From the human T2T-CHM13v2.0 reference genome, Homo sapiens, in NCBI RefSeq assembly GCF_009914755.1, contig NC_060929.1: a stretch of DNA of 64,000 nucleotides. One strand, written 5' to 3'. A program made the translations under genes and the position numbers. The notes under the pieces are model-generated. The model was not told the origin of the DNA. It ran no database searches and worked only from the letters and a program-made list of their open reading frames with translations. This document shows, piece by piece, positions 61,265 to 64,000 of the stretch. The stretch's first letter is position 1; the number at the start of each line of letters is the position of its first letter.

Positions 61265-63582
61265 CGTTGGTATACATCATACATTTATTAGTGAATATCC
61301 CTCTGAAATCAGCAACAATATTAAAAAAAATAATGATTGCACTACTTGGTCAAGCAGAACTAGCAACTTTCATTTTAAAAAAAGTACAAATCTGTTAAAA
61401 ATTTCAATCAGTATACACATATATATAATACAACATACTAGTTATGTTAAATGCTACAAACCAATGTGAATCCCATGGAATGGAAAAAACCACACATTTA
61501 AGCTTTAAGAACCATTTTTTTCTCTATATATTAGCATTTTCTCAAATACATACATGGGAAAAATGAGGTAACTGTAAAATGTGCAAGGAACAGGGCCCCC
61601 AAAATTACATATATTTCTACATATATATGTAATTTTATATATATATAAAACCTTTCTAACACAGAACACAGGCGCTGGGCCCAGCCAGGGCTGGGGGAAG
61701 GTGCCCACTGTCATGCCTAGGCCAGAAGTTGGTAAATAAGAGAGTAAACAATGGCAAGCCCCCACCACAGGAAATCATTGGTAACATGGCATCTATAGCA
61801 AGGTCGGCAGATCACAAACATCCTAAGTAATTGTTGTATAAATCTTGTTTTTTAATGATGATCTTTTTAAATGCTGTGTTTCCCCCCCAATAGCTGCTTG
61901 TTGGAATCACTGCTGCAGCCGACACACAATCTGTGAGCCTGTTTCCGCCTGCCCCAGGAACTGTAAGGGGTTTGAAAACGTTTTGTTGGGGTCGGGAAGG
62001 GAGGGGTTGGAGAGGGTGGTTCTGTGTAAAACACGTGGGTTTTCAACACTGCTATAAATATAGAAACGTCACCTGGAGTTATATACAGTAAGACTTTGGG
62101 TTCTCCATGGGGGTGGGACCAGGCTGACGGGCCCCACGGCAGGCTGGGGCGGGAGGTGGGAGCCAGGGCCACTGCGAGGAGAACGAGGGTGGTTGGAGCA
62201 TCCCTGAGGCAGCAGGCGCCAGGGGCTGCCTGCTAGGATGTGCCGGCCCCACACGCAGTTCGTTCAGGGCAGCAACCCCAGCTGGGTATAGGACAAGAAA
62301 GGATTGGGACCAGGGAAAGTGGGTGGGAAGCTCAGCCAGACCCTACAGCGGCCTCCTCCAGAACTTGGAGGACAGGGATCAGGCTGGGAAGGCCCCCTGG
62401 AGATGGGGGTCCACAGCCTTCCTGGTCCCCATCCTCCTGGGACTTCCTTGGAGGAGATTCGCCCAGGCAGGTGGGAGTTGGGCCCTGGCTGGAGGGAGAA
62501 ATGCCCTGAAAAGCGTCGGGTCCCGGTAGGCTCTAGGGACGTGTGCAGTACAGTGCATGGCAGTTATCAGCTGAGCACAGACCCCCAACCCTGCCCCACG
62601 ACCGCCGGCCGCCCAGCCCAGCCCGGCACACGCATGCATGCAGGCCGGCCAGCATGACCGTGCTCGGCCCCCTGGGCACTCGGTCCCAGTTGGTCCCTAT
62701 ACCCGCCCCTATTAAACCAAAAGAAAAAAGAAATTGTCTTAAATATCCACATCCCCAAATCCTACACGTGATTTTGGGCCAAATGAATGAACAAAAACTG
62801 CTGCTCCTCACGTTCATGCAAAACAACAGAGGGAGAGGAGATTGGGCACGGGTCTGGCTGCATCCCTGGGAGGGACAACCACCGGGAACACAGGGCTCCC
62901 TCTCCCCGTATGGCCCAAGCCCCTCAGGATACGTGTGCCCCAGCTCGGGATTAGGCTGGGACGCCCTCCAGCCTGAGGGTGGGGCTGGAATGTTGTTCCT
63001 GGGATGAGGGTCCCCTAGGGAACCAGACTCAGCCCTCACAGCAGCCAACACAGAGCCAGCTGCCTGAGTTCACTGTTCGGGGTCAAGGAGGGGGGATTCA
63101 GCCCTGGGGCTCAGGAAATGGCTCGTGACACCGTCTGTCTACGCACCTGGCAGTGCCACCTGGGCAGAGGGCACGCCATTTCAGAGCATGAGACCTTCTG
63201 ACCCAGGATGGTGCTCTGTCTGCCCATCCTGGGGCCAAGGATCTCCACCGGCCCCACTGAGGGAGCGGACCCCTGGCACTCAGTGCCAGCAGGAAAAGGA
63301 GGGACCTGAGGGTGCACAGGAGGGAGACCCGATCAGGGACACTCAGGCAGCTCCGTGGCGGGCGGGCGGGCAGGCAGACTAGGGAGGGAGTCTTTGGAGC
63401 TTGGCAAATGCAGGGGCTTATTGCAGGGACTCCTCGCTGGGCTGACCCTGGCACCAGCTCTGGAAATGCAGGCAGGAGCGAAGGGGCAGGCCTGGGCCAC
63501 TCCCTCCCCATCCTCCCTGGGCCCCACCCACAAGTTTCCAGAGCTTCAGGCAGGGTTCTCCCGGGCAGGCGGCTGCGTGGCC
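61265..63582 (-). other. RNF44: RNF44 3'UTR (~2.3 kb; GC-rich proximal part, AU-rich distal part)
   Basis: Unique sequence between the RNF44 stop codon and a minus-strand AATAAA at 61284-61289. The 3' end is approximate. Confidence 0.8.
61284..61289 (-). terminator. RNF44 polyadenylation signal (AATAAA)
   Basis: tttatt on the + strand at the edge of the AU-rich block, just before Alu-rich intergenic DNA. Confidence 0.75.
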
Positions 63583-63962
<380 letters not shown>

Positions 63963-64000
63963 TCACCTCCACGCTGAGGGCCATGGGAAGGCTCAGTGGA

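Overview
Human-like (primate), Alu-saturated genomic DNA. The + strand carries coding exons 2-11 and the ~3.1 kb 3'UTR of FAF2 (UBXD8/ETEA), a p97/VCP adaptor with UBA-like, membrane-hairpin, UAS, coiled-coil and UBX domains. Exon 1 lies upstream of the window, so bases 1-13776 are intron 1. Hand-splicing exons 2-11 gives an uninterrupted 424-codon ORF, consistent with the 445-aa protein as I recall it. Intron 3 is a non-canonical GC-AG intron. After ~16.6 kb of Alu/L1/L2/MIR-rich intergenic DNA, the last two coding exons (RING-H2 finger) and the ~2.3 kb 3'UTR of RNF44 lie convergently on the - strand. Nearly all ORFs in the supplied track are Alu-derived or chance ORFs. I see no new multi-gene system. 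The most novel-looking signals are splicing architectures inside FAF2. The main one is a candidate 37-nt exon 40 nt upstream of exon 5, in the same phase, so it could be a sterically enforced mutually exclusive exon; the same acceptor could instead give a 77-nt in-frame substitute for the membrane-anchor exon 4. There is also a similar pseudo-exon before exon 6 and possible UBX-truncating events around intron 10. These are inferences that need RNA-seq and conservation checks. Repeat boundaries and subfamily calls were made by eye and are approximate.
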